From Bacteroidales bacterium (lineage in GTDB: Bacteria > Bacteroidota > Bacteroidia > Bacteroidales > UBA7960): 42,069 nt of DNA. Location: assembly GCA_007120085.1 (NCBI GenBank), contig SKOK01000108.1:1-42069 (forward strand), written 5' to 3'. Positions 17,741 through 28,821 of this stretch are shown here, in pieces (positions within the stretch are counted from its first letter, which is position 1; each line of letters opens with the position of its first letter). The position numbers were made by a program, and so were the translations under genes. Below the pieces are notes generated by a model, which was given only the letters and a program-made list of their open reading frames with translations, searched no databases and had not been told where the DNA came from.

Positions 17741-17806
17741 GGGGCTTTTTAAAACGGTTTTGGTTTAAATATTTCCCCTTCATTATCAAAACATTATATT
17801 TTTAAT

Positions 17807-18673
17807 ATGCGACAATTAAAGATTTCAAAGTCAATTACCAATCGCGATACTGCCTCTTTGGATAAGTACCTTCAGGAGATAGGCAAGGTGCCATTGATAT
17901 CAGCTGAGGAGGAAGTTCAGCTGGCACAACGGATAAAGCAGGGGGACCAGGTGGCTTTGGAAAAACTGACCAAGGCGAATCTTCGTTTCGTTGTTTCTGT
18001 AGCAAAGCAATATCAGAACCAGGGGCTTAGTTTGCCTGACCTGATCAATGAAGGCAATCTCGGCCTGATCAAGGCGGCCAAGAGGTTTGATGAAACCAGG
18101 GGCTTTAAATTTATTTCTTATGCTGTTTGGTGGATACGGCAATCCATATTGCAGGCACTGGCTGAGCAGTCGCGCATCGTGCGCTTGCCGCTTAACCAGG
18201 TCGGGTCGCTGAACAAAATCAAAAAAGAGGCTTCCAGGCTGGAGCAAAGATTTGAAAGGCCCCCTTCTGCTGAAGAACTGGCAGATGCGCTTGACGTGCA
18301 CGAGGACAAGATCACTGAATCATTCAGGATCTCCACGCATCACGTTTCCGTGGATGCACCCCTGGTGCAAGGTGAGGATGCCAGCCTGCTTGATGTCTAT
18401 GTAAACCAGGATTCCCCGAATGCTGATTCAAGCCTCATCCACGAATCACTGGCCAGGGAGATTCAACGTTCACTCGCAACACTTACAGAAAAGGAACGTG
18501 ACGTCATCAATCTCTATTTTGGCATCGGTATGAACCACGGACTTACACTGGATGAGATAGGTGCAAAATTTGACCTTACGCGTGAACGCGTTCGCCAGAT
18601 CAAGGAAAAGGCGATCCGCCGCCTCAAGCATACTTCGCGCAGCAAGCTGCTTAAGGCCTATCTCGGACAGTAA
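17807..18673 (+). CDS. rpoD: Primary RNA polymerase sigma70 factor (Bacteroides-type, no region 1.1)
   Basis: [33 protein letters not shown] and TRERVRQI; lies downstream of htrA. Confidence 0.93.
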   Translation: MRQLKISKSITNRDTASLDKYLQEIGKVPLISAEEEVQLAQRIKQGDQVALEKLTKANLRFVVSVAKQYQNQGLSLPDLINEGNLGLIKAAKRFDETRGFKFISYAVWWIRQSILQALAEQSRIVRLPLNQVGSLNKIKKEASRLEQRFERPPSAEELADALDVHEDKITESFRISTHHVSVDAPLVQGEDASLLDVYVNQDSPNADSSLIHESLAREIQRSLATLTEKERDVINLYFGIGMNHGLTLDEIGAKFDLTRERVRQIKEKAIRRLKHTSRSKLLKAYLGQ

Positions 18674-18693
18674 AACCAATTTGATCTGATTTT

Positions 18694-18721
18694 AAAAGGC
18701 ATCTAAAGATGCCTTTTTTTT
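18694..18721 (+). terminator. Rho-independent terminator after rpoD
   Basis: AAAAGGCATCT / AGATGCCTTTT inverted repeat with a T-run. Confidence 0.85.
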
Positions 18722-18755
18722 ATATCTTTGACTCCAATGTGAATTAATTTCTTTG

Positions 18756-20510
18756 ATGATGATTACTATTCCAAGATTTTTATTGATTTGGGCTTTGCTG
18801 TTGATACCAGTAAGCATTCTTGCACGCGAAATCAAGGTGCAAGTGGCCGCCACGGCAGATGTCCATGCCAGGCTTTTTGCTTATGACTTTATTGAAAACA
18901 GACCTGCTTCCACTTCTCTGGCCAATGTGCACTACCTTGTGCAGGCGATGCGTGCCCGCGAGGGAAGCAACCTCATTCTGCTCGATAATGGCGACATGCT
19001 GCAGGGAACACCAGCAGCCTGGTATGCAAACTTTGTGCAAGAAGCCGATCAAAATCTTTTCAGCCGTGTGATGAACTTTGTTGGATATGACGCAGCTACG
19101 ATTGGTAATCACGACATTGAAGCCGGCCCAGAGGTTTATAACCGGCTAAAGGAGGAGTTCGATTTCCCCTGGCTGGGAGCCAATGTGCTGGATGCCAATA
19201 CGGGAGAGCCATATTTCAAACCATACACTATCATTGAGCGGCAGCGCATACGGATTGCCATACTTGGCCTGACCACCACGGGGGTGCCTAACTGGTTACC
19301 GCCTCATCTATGGGAAGGGCTTGCATTTAAGGACATGGTGGAATCAGCGGCTTACTGGGTGGCGCATATCCAGGAAAATGAACAGCCTGACGCCATCGTT
19401 GGTCTGTTCCATAGCGGTCTTGGCCCGCTTGATGCTGACCCCGATGACCATCCGCTTGAAAATGCATCGGGATACATTGCTAAGCATGTGCCCGGGTTCG
19501 ATCTTATTTTTACCTCGCATGATCATCGTGAAAGGGTGCAAACCATCACAAATGTTGAAGGTGATAATGTGCTGATACTGGGTCCGGGCCATTTTGCCCA
19601 GAACCTTGCCATTGCTGAATTTACCTTCTCGCGTTTGTCCCGGAACTCCTTTGAGCTGAAAGACATCCGTGCCGATATGCTACATACGAAAGGACTTGCG
19701 CCAAGCCATACATTTATCAGGAAATTTGAAGACGATGTGCAGGAGATCCTTAAGTTTGCAAACCAGGAAGTGGGCAGGCTCACCGAACCAATGCACTCCA
19801 TAGAATCACTGTTTGGAAGCGCGCCATTTACAGACATGGTGCACGATGTTCAGCTGATGATCACCGGTGCTGATGTTTCATTTACCGCCCAGCTGGCATT
19901 TGACCAAACCATCAATGCCGGAATGCTCCGAAAGCGTGATTTCTTTAAACTGTATGAGTATGAGAATTATCTCTATACTATGGAGTTGACCGGCCAGGAG
20001 ATACACGACTTCATGGAGTTCTCGGCTGCGTTGTGGTTTAATCATATGAAATCAGCCGATGATCACCTGCTGAATTTGCATCTGGACCAGCTTGGCCGTG
20101 TGCCGGCAGATCGCCGGGGAAGGCGTGCTCTTCGAAACCCTTCATTTAATTTTGATTCGGCAGCAGGCATCGTTTATTTAATCGACGTGTCGCAGCCTCC
20201 CGGATCGCGCGTTACCATAAAAGGTTTTGAAGATGGAAGCCCCTTTGACAAGGATGGCTTATATAAAGTGGCCATAAACTCATATCGTGGAAGTGGCGGT
20301 GGCGGTCACCTCACTGAGGGTGCCGGTATTCCGCATCAAAAACTGGGTGAACGTATCATTGCAACAACCGATACGGATCTTCGCAAGAAGATAATAGACT
20401 TTTTCTCAGAAGCCGGAATATACGAACCTCAAACAAGGGGAAACTGGCATATAGAACCAAAAGAATGGGCAGAGAAAGGAAGAGAAAAGGATTTGCAATT
20501 CCTTAGATAA
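18756..20510 (+). CDS. Bifunctional metallophosphatase / 5'-nucleotidase (CpdB-like 2',3'-cyclic nucleotide phosphodiesterase)
   Basis: Signal peptide; DVH, DNGD, GNHD, HSG and HDH metal motifs; C-domain YEYEN, FNFD and NSYRGSGGG. A TATCTTTG promoter element lies at 18723-18730. Confidence 0.9.
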   Translation: MMITIPRFLLIWALLLIPVSILAREIKVQVAATADVHARLFAYDFIENRPASTSLANVHYLVQAMRAREGSNLILLDNGDMLQGTPAAWYANFVQEADQNLFSRVMNFVGYDAATIGNHDIEAGPEVYNRLKEEFDFPWLGANVLDANTGEPYFKPYTIIERQRIRIAILGLTTTGVPNWLPPHLWEGLAFKDMVESAAYWVAHIQENEQPDAIVGLFHSGLGPLDADPDDHPLENASGYIAKHVPGFDLIFTSHDHRERVQTITNVEGDNVLILGPGHFAQNLAIAEFTFSRLSRNSFELKDIRADMLHTKGLAPSHTFIRKFEDDVQEILKFANQEVGRLTEPMHSIESLFGSAPFTDMVHDVQLMITGADVSFTAQLAFDQTINAGMLRKRDFFKLYEYENYLYTMELTGQEIHDFMEFSAALWFNHMKSADDHLLNLHLDQLGRVPADRRGRRALRNPSFNFDSAAGIVYLIDVSQPPGSRVTIKGFEDGSPFDKDGLYKVAINSYRGSGGGGHLTEGAGIPHQKLGERIIATTDTDLRKKIIDFFSEAGIYEPQTRGNWHIEPKEWAEKGREKDLQFLR

Positions 20511-20549
20511 GCCAGCAAGTCATTATTGCGGCAGGTAAATATTGGCAAC

Positions 20550-21788
20550 TCATAAATCCTCCCTAAGCCTGAAATGTTTGCGCAGCAATAAGCCGTCGCG
20601 GTTCACCAGCATGGAGATATGGTGACCTTCCCTGAGGTTTATTTGGTCCAGGATTTCATCCAGGTTAAGTTCAGTACGGCTTAAATGGTTAAGTTGCATA
20701 ATGTAATCACCTGACTGGATACCTGCTTCATAAGCTGGTGAACCAGGCCGCACATAATGTATCTTGAACTTGTTCAACTGTGGGCCACTTGCAACTACTT
20801 CCAGACCGCTCAGACTCGTATTAAATGGATCTGAAAAGTTTCTGCCAGGCCGGAGCACAAGTTTTTCAGAAGGATAATCAATGATGATGTTGAAACGCTT
20901 GATGATTGCTCCGCCAATCAGACCCTGCCAGTTAATCTCCATCTCATTAAATACTAAAAATTCTCGTTCCGGGTAAAAAACAAGCGGTTCATTTACTTCA
21001 ATGTCACCAATGCGTATTTTATCAGCACGTCCAATATTTCCCATCAGGTTGCCACTGATTCCTTTCCCGATGAAACTGTTTAAGGTGCGGTCAGATAAGT
21101 GAATGTGGCTTCGATTTAAATAGACGGGATGACTTGCGCCCAGGTCGAGAAGCAGGTTTGTGGTCAGCGAGTCCCCATTTTCACCAATGATGGTTGCTGA
21201 CACGTAAGGTTTGTCATTTACCAGCCTAAAGGGGGTTACCTGGCTTCTTCGGCCAATCCTGTAATCAGGTTCACGAAAAACCCGCATCCTTTCGTTGGAG
21301 TAGCTGATTTCAATGGCAAAATTCTTGAATAAATCATAACCGATAACACCATAAACCGGAAATCCAAATATTTCGGAAAACGTAAGGATGTTTTCAGGGA
21401 TCACAATCATGTTCATGTTTTTTCCTCTTAATCCGTGCAGCCTGATGTCAACACCCCGTGCAACCAGGGCTTCCACAATTCCATCGCCGCCAAGTCCATA
21501 AACATAAATGCTTTCCTGGAGGTTCAGATCCAGAAGGTGGGCCAGCATTGGTTCCGTCAGAATTGTTGTTCGTACGCCGGTATCTAGGATAAAATAAAAC
21601 GGACCCCGGTCATTGATGTGCAATTGTACAACTGCCAGGTTGTTCCGCACTTTGATCGGCATGCTAATGCTGCGGCGATCCCTGGTAAAGCTAAAACCAT
21701 CCGCATTGGCAACAGCGGGCAGGGGGATGCAAAACAGGATTGCCAGGTATAATTGTAATATGCGCATTGACTTAGTTTTCACAAGCAA
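20550..21788 (-). CDS. Secreted retropepsin-like aspartyl protease (two domains) with C-terminal PDZ
   Basis: FILDTG...GVIG, second domain LLLDLGA...GLIG, PDZ motif PGSPAYEAGIQSGD. The start may be about 7 codons downstream (MRILQ). Confidence 0.85.
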   Translation of the reverse strand: MLVKTKSMRILQLYLAILFCIPLPAVANADGFSFTRDRRSISMPIKVRNNLAVVQLHINDRGPFYFILDTGVRTTILTEPMLAHLLDLNLQESIYVYGLGGDGIVEALVARGVDIRLHGLRGKNMNMIVIPENILTFSEIFGFPVYGVIGYDLFKNFAIEISYSNERMRVFREPDYRIGRRSQVTPFRLVNDKPYVSATIIGENGDSLTTNLLLDLGASHPVYLNRSHIHLSDRTLNSFIGKGISGNLMGNIGRADKIRIGDIEVNEPLVFYPEREFLVFNEMEINWQGLIGGAIIKRFNIIIDYPSEKLVLRPGRNFSDPFNTSLSGLEVVASGPQLNKFKIHYVRPGSPAYEAGIQSGDYIMQLNHLSRTELNLDEILDQINLREGHHISMLVNRDGLLLRKHFRLREDL

Positions 21789-21972
21789 TAAACAACAATA
21801 ATCCGACCAAAGTTTAATTATGTCCTGAGAAATGTAAATATAGTGTTTTATTTAAGGCGAAACATCAAAAAATACATACTAGAGCATATTTGTTTTTTGT
21901 TAGCAGCTGTCTTGTGCCAAGGAAAGTGTACTTTGGTGAACATATGATTGTACAAAAACGAACGTGTAGCCA

Positions 21973-23013
21973 TCAATGCGCTTTCAGTTTTAACAGCGCC
22001 CTGTTGATCTTTCTGGCAACGGAAGGCCCTTCGTAAACAAAACCGGTATAGACCTGAACAAGGCTGGCACCTGCATTGAGTTTTTCCAGTGCATCGGCAG
22101 GTGAGAAAATGCCCCCAACGCCAATAATGGGGATTTCACCTTTACATTTTTTATACAGGTAAGCGATGATGCGGGTGGATTTGTCTTTAAGTGGAAGGCC
22201 GCTGAGCCCTCCCTGGCCGATCCGGTCTGCTGCCTCATTTCCATGCCTGATGTTTTCACGCAGCGAAGATGTGTTGGTTGCAATGATGCCATTCAGCTTT
22301 GTGGCAGTCACAATTTCCACTACCTCATCAAGTTGCCCGTTACTGAGATCGGGTGATATTTTCAACAAAATGGGTGCAGGTTTTTGCTTTGATCCGTTGA
22401 TGCTTTGAATGGCACTCAGCAGTTCAAGCAGGCTGTCCTTGTCCTGTAGTTTGCCCAGATCTTTGATGTTTGGACAACTCACATTGACGACGAAATAGTC
22501 AACCAGTCCAAACAGTTTCTCAAAGCAAAGACAATAGTCACTAATGGCTTCATCATTCGGTGTCAGCGTATTTTTTCCAATGTTACCTCCAATGATAAGC
22601 TTAGGGTGATTCTTTCGCAGGTTTCTTGCAAATGCTTCTACACCGTGGTTGTTGAATCCCATGCGGTTGATGAGGGCTTTGTCTTTTGGCAGGCGGAACA
22701 GCCTGGGCTTTGGGTTCCCTTTTTGCCCCAGTGGGGTTACCGTTCCAATTTCAATGTGTCCAAAACCAAAGTTTGACAGGGCGTTATAGAGCTTTGCTTC
22801 TTTGTCAAAACCAGCAGCAACCCCTACAGGATTTGGGAAACGGAGGCCAAATACCTCTCTTTCAAGGCGTTTGTCGGTTATGCAATAATGCTTTTGCAGG
22901 ATAAAACCGAGGCCTGGAATGAATGCAATGATGCGCATGATTATCGCCACCAGTTTATGGATGAATTCTGGTGGGAACAAAAAGAGGATAGGGCGCAATA
23001 ATCTTTTGTACAT
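21973..23013 (-). CDS. pyrD: Quinone-dependent dihydroorotate dehydrogenase
   Basis: NPVGVAAGFDK, INRMGFNN, NVSCPN, KISPDL and GGLSG. Confidence 0.97.
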   Translation of the reverse strand: MYKRLLRPILFLFPPEFIHKLVAIIMRIIAFIPGLGFILQKHYCITDKRLEREVFGLRFPNPVGVAAGFDKEAKLYNALSNFGFGHIEIGTVTPLGQKGNPKPRLFRLPKDKALINRMGFNNHGVEAFARNLRKNHPKLIIGGNIGKNTLTPNDEAISDYCLCFEKLFGLVDYFVVNVSCPNIKDLGKLQDKDSLLELLSAIQSINGSKQKPAPILLKISPDLSNGQLDEVVEIVTATKLNGIIATNTSSLRENIRHGNEAADRIGQGGLSGLPLKDKSTRIIAYLYKKCKGEIPIIGVGGIFSPADALEKLNAGASLVQVYTGFVYEGPSVARKINRALLKLKAH

Positions 23014-23017
23014 CAGC

Positions 23018-23509
23018 TTATTTGCCGGTTTCAGTGTCTTTGTCGTGCTGCTCTTCCTTGTCGTTGTTTATTTCTTGTTCAGCATCATCCTGAGCTGCAG
23101 TTTCCTCCTCTTCTTTCTTTTCTTCAGGTTTACTGATCATGTCTTTTTCCAGCAAAATGCCATACCAGGCAAATACCTTCTTAATGTCAGAAAAATAGAC
23201 CCTTTCCTTGTCATATTCCGGAACTGCTTCTTCAAATCTGGCTTTTGCTCCTTCGGGGTCTTCTTTGGGGTCAATGCTTTGCTTACCTTCTTCCAGCTCA
23301 TACAAACTCCAAAGCACTTCCTTCAGGGGCTTTTCACCCTCGATGGTGAATATGCTGATGTCTTCAAGCATACTGGAACGGTCGGTAGCGAAGACATGCG
23401 TTTTACGTCCATCAGCCAGTGACTCGACAAGCAAACCATTTCGTGTTTCAGACAAAATTTTAAACAATCCGCTTTTTCCGGCAATGGTCATTATCTTACT
23501 CAGGTCCAT
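23018..23509 (-). CDS. Conserved Bacteroidetes protein (DUF5606 family) with acidic tail
   Basis: IAGKSGLFK, LEDISIFT and YDKERVYFSDIKK..WY; TATTTTTG promoter element at 23553-23560 on the minus strand. Confidence 0.8.
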   Translation of the reverse strand: MDLSKIMTIAGKSGLFKILSETRNGLLVESLADGRKTHVFATDRSSMLEDISIFTIEGEKPLKEVLWSLYELEEGKQSIDPKEDPEGAKARFEEAVPEYDKERVYFSDIKKVFAWYGILLEKDMISKPEEKKEEEETAAQDDAEQEINNDKEEQHDKDTETGK

Positions 23510-23654
23510 AAAAATCAATGTTAGTGGTTAAATTCAGTATCATTTATGCTTGCAAAAATACGCAATATTGTGATTTTCTGCAAGGGTTGCCTTGGCTTTC
23601 AATGTTTGCGCTCTTTCGGATCATCAAATAGGTAAAAGGATGAAGCAAGTATGA

Positions 23655-25475
23655 TCATGAGAACATTTGCAGCCCATGAAGTTTTTTATAGATGCCGTTC
23701 TTTTTCAGCAACTCCTGGTGGCTGCCGGTTTCCACGATCTGCCCCTCATGCATGACGCAAATCAGATCAGCATTGATGATGGTTGACAGCCTGTGTGCAA
23801 TGACGATGGATGTGCGATTTTCCATTACGTTCATCAGGGCTTCCTGTACAAATTTTTCAGATTCGGTATCCAGTGATGATGTTGCCTCATCGAGGATCAG
23901 TATGGGTGGATTCCGGAGGATGGCCCTTGCAATGCTGATTCGCTGCCGCTGACCACCCGATAGCTTGTTGCCCTGGTCACCAATGTTGGTGTAATATCCC
24001 AGTGGTGATTGTTTGATGAAATCGTGGGCATTGGCAATCCGCGCCGCCTGGATGACTTCTTCTTCAGTGGCATTATCGACACCAAAAGCAATGTTGTTGA
24101 AAAAAGTGTCGTTGAAAAGGATTGGTTCCTGGTTGACATTGCCCATCAGGTTGCGCAGGTCTTTGATCTTGATTTTTGAAATAGGCACACCATCGATGCT
24201 GATCTCTCCAACTGGTGCTTCATAAAACCTCGGAATCAGGTCAACGAGCGTAGATTTTCCAGCGCCTGATTGTCCTACGAGTGCAACCTTTTGCCCTTTG
24301 CTGATTCGCAGGTTAATATTTTTCAGAACGGGAGCATCTTCATAGCTAAAGCTGACATTTTTGAATGTGATGTCAGAAGAAAAATCATTTTTTGGTAAGG
24401 CATCCACAGCATCGGTGATGCTTACTTCAGCAGTCAGGATATTGTCAATGCGTTCAGCTGATGCCATCCCTTTCTGGATGTTGTACCAGGCTTTTGAAAA
24501 GTTCTTTGAAGGCTGGATGATTTGAGAAAAAACAGCTAAGTAGCCAATAAATACTTCAGGGTTAAGGGTCGAGGTGCCCGAAAGCACAATGGAGCCGCCA
24601 AAAAACATGATCACGATGAACACCCCGGTGCCTAGAAACTCACTCACGGGAGAGGCCAGGTCTTGCCGGCGATAGAGTTTGTTCATGATGCGTGTGTAAA
24701 AACTATTCAGACCCTGGAAGCGCCCTTCCATCCTCTTTTCTGCATTGAAGGCTTTGATGACACGGAGGCCAGAGAGTGTTTCTTCTGTTACTGACAGGAT
24801 CACACCCAGTTCGCCCTGGCTTTTCAGTGCCGTGGGTTTCAGTGACCTGGCAATGCGCCCGATGATAAACCCAGCCACAGGCAAGAGGAGGAAGACAAAA
24901 AGGGTCATCTGTGGACTCATGATCAAAAGCCAGCCCATATATACAATAATGGTCATCGGGTCACGAAACATCATCGCCATCGAACTGATCACGCTGATCT
25001 CAATCTGGTAAACATCATTGGTCATACGGCTGATCAGGTCACCCTTGCGCCCTTGCGAAAAATAGGCCAGGGGCAAAGCCAGGGTCTTGTTGTAAATGGC
25101 ATTGCGCAGGTCTTTTACCACCCCGTTGCGAACAGGCGCAAGATGATAGAGCGCCAGGTATTTGAATCCATTTTTTAACAAACTGGTCAATACCACCAGC
25201 AGGCTGATGAAGATCAGGGCAGAAAGTTCTCCATAATGGCTGATCAGAAGGTTCAGGTAATAGTAGAAATTATTGATAATGACATCGAAGCTCATCCTGA
25301 AAGGCATCAATTCATAAACTTCTTCCTGTGTTTGAAAGAGGATGCTCAAAAACGGGATGACCATTGTGAGGCTGAACAGGGAGAAAAGAATTGACAAAAA
25401 GTTGAATCCCACATTCAGTGCAATCCTGCTCCAGTAGGGCACTAAGTAGAAAAGGATTTTCCTGAAGCTTTGCAT
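23655..25475 (-). CDS. ABC transporter with fused permease and ATPase, MsbA-like
   Basis: N-terminal TM domain; GQSGAGKST, LSGGQRQR, ILDEATS and IAHRLST. Confidence 0.92.
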   Translation of the reverse strand: MQSFRKILFYLVPYWSRIALNVGFNFLSILFSLFSLTMVIPFLSILFQTQEEVYELMPFRMSFDVIINNFYYYLNLLISHYGELSALIFISLLVVLTSLLKNGFKYLALYHLAPVRNGVVKDLRNAIYNKTLALPLAYFSQGRKGDLISRMTNDVYQIEISVISSMAMMFRDPMTIIVYMGWLLIMSPQMTLFVFLLLPVAGFIIGRIARSLKPTALKSQGELGVILSVTEETLSGLRVIKAFNAEKRMEGRFQGLNSFYTRIMNKLYRRQDLASPVSEFLGTGVFIVIMFFGGSIVLSGTSTLNPEVFIGYLAVFSQIIQPSKNFSKAWYNIQKGMASAERIDNILTAEVSITDAVDALPKNDFSSDITFKNVSFSYEDAPVLKNINLRISKGQKVALVGQSGAGKSTLVDLIPRFYEAPVGEISIDGVPISKIKIKDLRNLMGNVNQEPILFNDTFFNNIAFGVDNATEEEVIQAARIANAHDFIKQSPLGYYTNIGDQGNKLSGGQRQRISIARAILRNPPILILDEATSSLDTESEKFVQEALMNVMENRTSIVIAHRLSTIINADLICVMHEGQIVETGSHQELLKKNGIYKKLHGLQMFS

Positions 25476-25480
25476 TGGCT

Positions 25481-26830
25481 TTATATTTTTGGTATAATCC
25501 CGGTGTAGTTAAAGGGCGTGACCTTCCTTAGCCATTCTTTTTCCTTTTCAGGGATGTCAAGCGTGTCAATGAATTCCGTGATCTCTTTTTTTCCGGCCGG
25601 CTTGTCACTCCTTGTCAGCGCTTTCAGGGCTTCGTAGGGAGCAGGATAATCCAGTGTTCGCAACATTGTTTGTATGGCTTCAGCCACTACGGCATAATTT
25701 GCTTCAAGGTCCTGATCAATTTTTTCTTTGTTCAGATTCAGTTTGTTAAGCCCCCTGCTGCTTGCCTTGATGCTGATCAGCAAGTGGGCAATGGCCACCC
25801 CGATGTTGCGGATTGCTGTGGAATCGCTGAGGTCGCGTTGAAGGCGGCTGACTGGCAGCTTGGCCGAGAGGTGTTCAAACAGGGCAATGGCAATGCCGGC
25901 ATTTCCTTCTGAGTTTTCGAAATCTATTGGATTCACCTTGTGTGGCATTGCCGAGGAACCCACTTCGCCGGGAGTGATCTTCTGTTTGAAGTAGTCGAGC
26001 GAGATGTATGTCCAGAAATCACGATCCATATCAACAATGATAACGCAAAGGCGTTTAAGGCAGTCAAGGATGGCTGACAATCTGTCGTAATGGTCAATTT
26101 GGGTGGTAGTTTGCGACCTGGTAAGGCCCAGGGAGGCCGTAAAGCCGTTGGCAAAACTGACCCAGTCAACATCCGGGTAGGCCACATGGTGGGCGTTGAA
26201 GTTGCCGGTTGCACCTCCAAACTTTGCAGGGTAGGGAAGGCTGGTCAGCTCCTCCAACTGGATCTTGAGTCTTTCGTAAAACACCAGGACTTCCTTGCCC
26301 ATTGTCGTTGGGCTGGCTGCTTGCCCGTGGGTGCGCGCCAGCATGGGCACAGACAAATGTTCGCGGGCAATGCCATACAGTGTATTAAGCAGCTCATCGA
26401 AAGCAGGTATGATAACAGCCTCCATTGCTTCCTTAAGGGATAGCGGTATGGCAGTGTTATTGATGTCCTGGGATGTAAGACCCAGGTGAACGAACTCTTT
26501 CAGCTGATCGTAACCCGCTTCGACCAGGCGTTGTTTGACAAAATATTCAACGGCCTTGATATCATGGTTTGTGGTTTTCTCAATGTTTTTAACCTCGCTG
26601 GCATCTTTGGCAGAAAAATTATTGAAAATTGCCCTGATCTTATCGTGGTCGTTGATGGTGAGGTGGTCTAGCTGGGGCAGAGGTATTTCCGACAGTGCGA
26701 TGAAGTATTCGAGTTCAATGAAAACCCGATACCTGATCAGTGCCTGTTCAGAGAAATAGTCCTGAAGTGGTGCTGTGACCTTTGCATATCGCCCGTCAAC
26801 CGGGCCAATGTTTAGAAGCGTACTCATCAT
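25481..26830 (-). CDS. purB: Adenylosuccinate lyase
   Basis: TNHDIKAVEY, TSQDIN, ARTHGQ and GSSAMPHKVNPIDFENSEGN. Confidence 0.98.
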   Translation of the reverse strand: MMSTLLNIGPVDGRYAKVTAPLQDYFSEQALIRYRVFIELEYFIALSEIPLPQLDHLTINDHDKIRAIFNNFSAKDASEVKNIEKTTNHDIKAVEYFVKQRLVEAGYDQLKEFVHLGLTSQDINNTAIPLSLKEAMEAVIIPAFDELLNTLYGIAREHLSVPMLARTHGQAASPTTMGKEVLVFYERLKIQLEELTSLPYPAKFGGATGNFNAHHVAYPDVDWVSFANGFTASLGLTRSQTTTQIDHYDRLSAILDCLKRLCVIIVDMDRDFWTYISLDYFKQKITPGEVGSSAMPHKVNPIDFENSEGNAGIAIALFEHLSAKLPVSRLQRDLSDSTAIRNIGVAIAHLLISIKASSRGLNKLNLNKEKIDQDLEANYAVVAEAIQTMLRTLDYPAPYEALKALTRSDKPAGKKEITEFIDTLDIPEKEKEWLRKVTPFNYTGIIPKI

Positions 26831-26871
26831 TTGGTAGTGCCCGGGTGTGGCTCATTGCCGGGCTGTCTCGT

Positions 26872-28821
26872 TTAGCGTTTCTTGCGTTTTTTCTGTGCTG
26901 CTTCCTGTTGTTTGGCCAGCTCTTCCATTCTTTGCTGCCATTTTGATTTCTTGACGGGTTTCTTTTTGTTCTCTTCTATTTTGGCGTGCAGGGCGTCCTC
27001 GTCAATCATTCTTTTAAAAATGAACATCTGTCCGAAGGTGATTACATTGGCCAGGAAGTAATAGTAGCTGAGCCCTGAAGCGAAGCTGTTGAATATCCCA
27101 AGCATCATGACAGGCATCAGGTACATCATGGTTTTCATCCCCGGCATCTGGTTTGATGAACTCATCATTTGCGAGTTCATGTGCGTATAGATTACCATGG
27201 AGCCGGCCATCAGTATGGTGAACAAGCTGACGTGATCTCCATAGAAGGGGATGGTAAAGGGCAGGTCAAGTATTGAGTCGTAGGATGAGAGGTCATCTGC
27301 CCACAGAAATCCCTGCTGGCGCAGCTCAATGGAGGCAGGGAAAAAGCGGAACAGGGCTAAAAGTATTGGAAGTTGTAACAGCATTGGAACACACCCTGCC
27401 ATTGGGTTAACACCTGCTTTCTTATACAGTGCCATGGTGGCCTGCTGCTTCTTCATTGCATCTTCCTTCTTGGGAAACTTCTTACCCAGCTCATCAATTT
27501 CGGGTTTTAGTACCCGCATTTTGGCCTGTGAAAGATAGGTTTTGTATGCAATGGGGAGCAAGACGATTTTCAACAGTATGGTGAGAATCAGGATGATGAT
27601 CCCGTAGTTCAGTTCAAAACCATCAAGGTAATTAAAGATGGGGATCACGGCAAAGCGATTGATCCACGACATCAGGAAGAACCCCCAGCCCAGCGGTATT
27701 TGTCTTTCCAGGTCCAGGTCATAGGCATTAAGAATCCTGTAACTGTTGGGTCCAATGTACCACTGCATGTTAAAGCTGTTGTCTATCCTTGGATCATAGT
27801 CGAGGTTAACGGAGGCCTCCAGCAGCTTAAGGAACTCTTCATCGGTTTCGGGAGCGGTAGTGCTTTGGATATCAGCATTTACAAAGCCGTCATTAGTGAT
27901 AAGGGCCCTGGAGAAGAACTGTTGTTTAAATGATATCCACTCAACCCTTGTACTTAGCCTTTCGGCACCATCCCTGGTAGGCCTGATGCGCGACACCTCA
28001 TCGTGCACGTATTTGTAATAGACAGTGGTATTGTTTTGTTCGTTCTGGCGGTTTTTTTCCTGTCGCAACAGGTTTGATTGCCAGTCAAGACTCATCATGG
28101 TGGTGTTTGCTGCAATCACCTGTCGCATGCCAACGAAGTTTACTTCGAAATCAATCATGAAATCATGACGGTCAATGCCATAAGCGAATTCAACATAGCT
28201 GGGGGTGGCAGCGCTGTGCAGGTCGGTATAAGCTCGCATGGCAAAAACCTGTACATCATTGCCTGTAATTTCAATGCCTGAATGACCAGTGTATGGCCTG
28301 TTGTTCATGTAAGGCATGAAAAATAATTGATCTGTTGATATACTCCTGTTATCAGCTGTGAAAAAGCTGAATGCGAAGCGTTCATTTTCACTGGTAAAGA
28401 GGATGAGCTGACTTTGGTCGTATGACTTAAAGTTCTTAAGCTCAGCAGAATGGATGTGTCCGCCTTTGGTGCTGATATTCAGTCTTAAATCGTCATTTTC
28501 AATGGTGAAGAATTCTTGTTCGCCAATTGCAGCATTTGAAAAGAATCCCATTGCTGAGCGGATGCGCTGCTTTTCCAGCGAGTCAATCAGTTCGGGAGCC
28601 GTGCCATCTGGCAGAATGACATCTTCAGGCAATTGAGTTTCCTGTTCGCGTGCATCCCTTAATGCTTCTGCTTCAGCCCTTGCACGTTGTTGCACCTCTG
28701 CGATGCTATCCTGGATTCGCCTTGCTTCCAGTCGCTCATCCTCACTGGGGGCCATCCATATGCTGTAGCCTATAAGGATGGCGGCGATCAGAAGCAAGCC
28801 AATAATATTGTCTCTGGTCAT
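26872..28821 (-). CDS. yidC: Membrane protein insertase YidC
   Basis: Periplasmic domain, LYKKAGVNPMAGCVP, FLWADDLS and SGLSYYY; TATCTTTG promoter element at 28847-28854 on the minus strand. Confidence 0.97.
   Translation of the reverse strand: MTRDNIIGLLLIAAILIGYSIWMAPSEDERLEARRIQDSIAEVQQRARAEAEALRDAREQETQLPEDVILPDGTAPELIDSLEKQRIRSAMGFFSNAAIGEQEFFTIENDDLRLNISTKGGHIHSAELKNFKSYDQSQLILFTSENERFAFSFFTADNRSISTDQLFFMPYMNNRPYTGHSGIEITGNDVQVFAMRAYTDLHSAATPSYVEFAYGIDRHDFMIDFEVNFVGMRQVIAANTTMMSLDWQSNLLRQEKNRQNEQNNTTVYYKYVHDEVSRIRPTRDGAERLSTRVEWISFKQQFFSRALITNDGFVNADIQSTTAPETDEEFLKLLEASVNLDYDPRIDNSFNMQWYIGPNSYRILNAYDLDLERQIPLGWGFFLMSWINRFAVIPIFNYLDGFELNYGIIILILTILLKIVLLPIAYKTYLSQAKMRVLKPEIDELGKKFPKKEDAMKKQQATMALYKKAGVNPMAGCVPMLLQLPILLALFRFFPASIELRQQGFLWADDLSSYDSILDLPFTIPFYGDHVSLFTILMAGSMVIYTHMNSQMMSSSNQMPGMKTMMYLMPVMMLGIFNSFASGLSYYYFLANVITFGQMFIFKRMIDEDALHAKIEENKKKPVKKSKWQQRMEELAKQQEAAQKKRKKR

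Noticed and set aside
21903-21920. Minus-strand TTGGCACA as a sigma54 promoter for the aspartyl protease
   Set aside because: The GG-to-GC spacing is not 10 nt and there is no TTGC -12 element.
26839-26863. GCCCGG...CCGGGC hairpin between yidC and purB as a terminator
   Set aside because: Short stem, long loop and no U-tract; the genes are probably co-transcribed.
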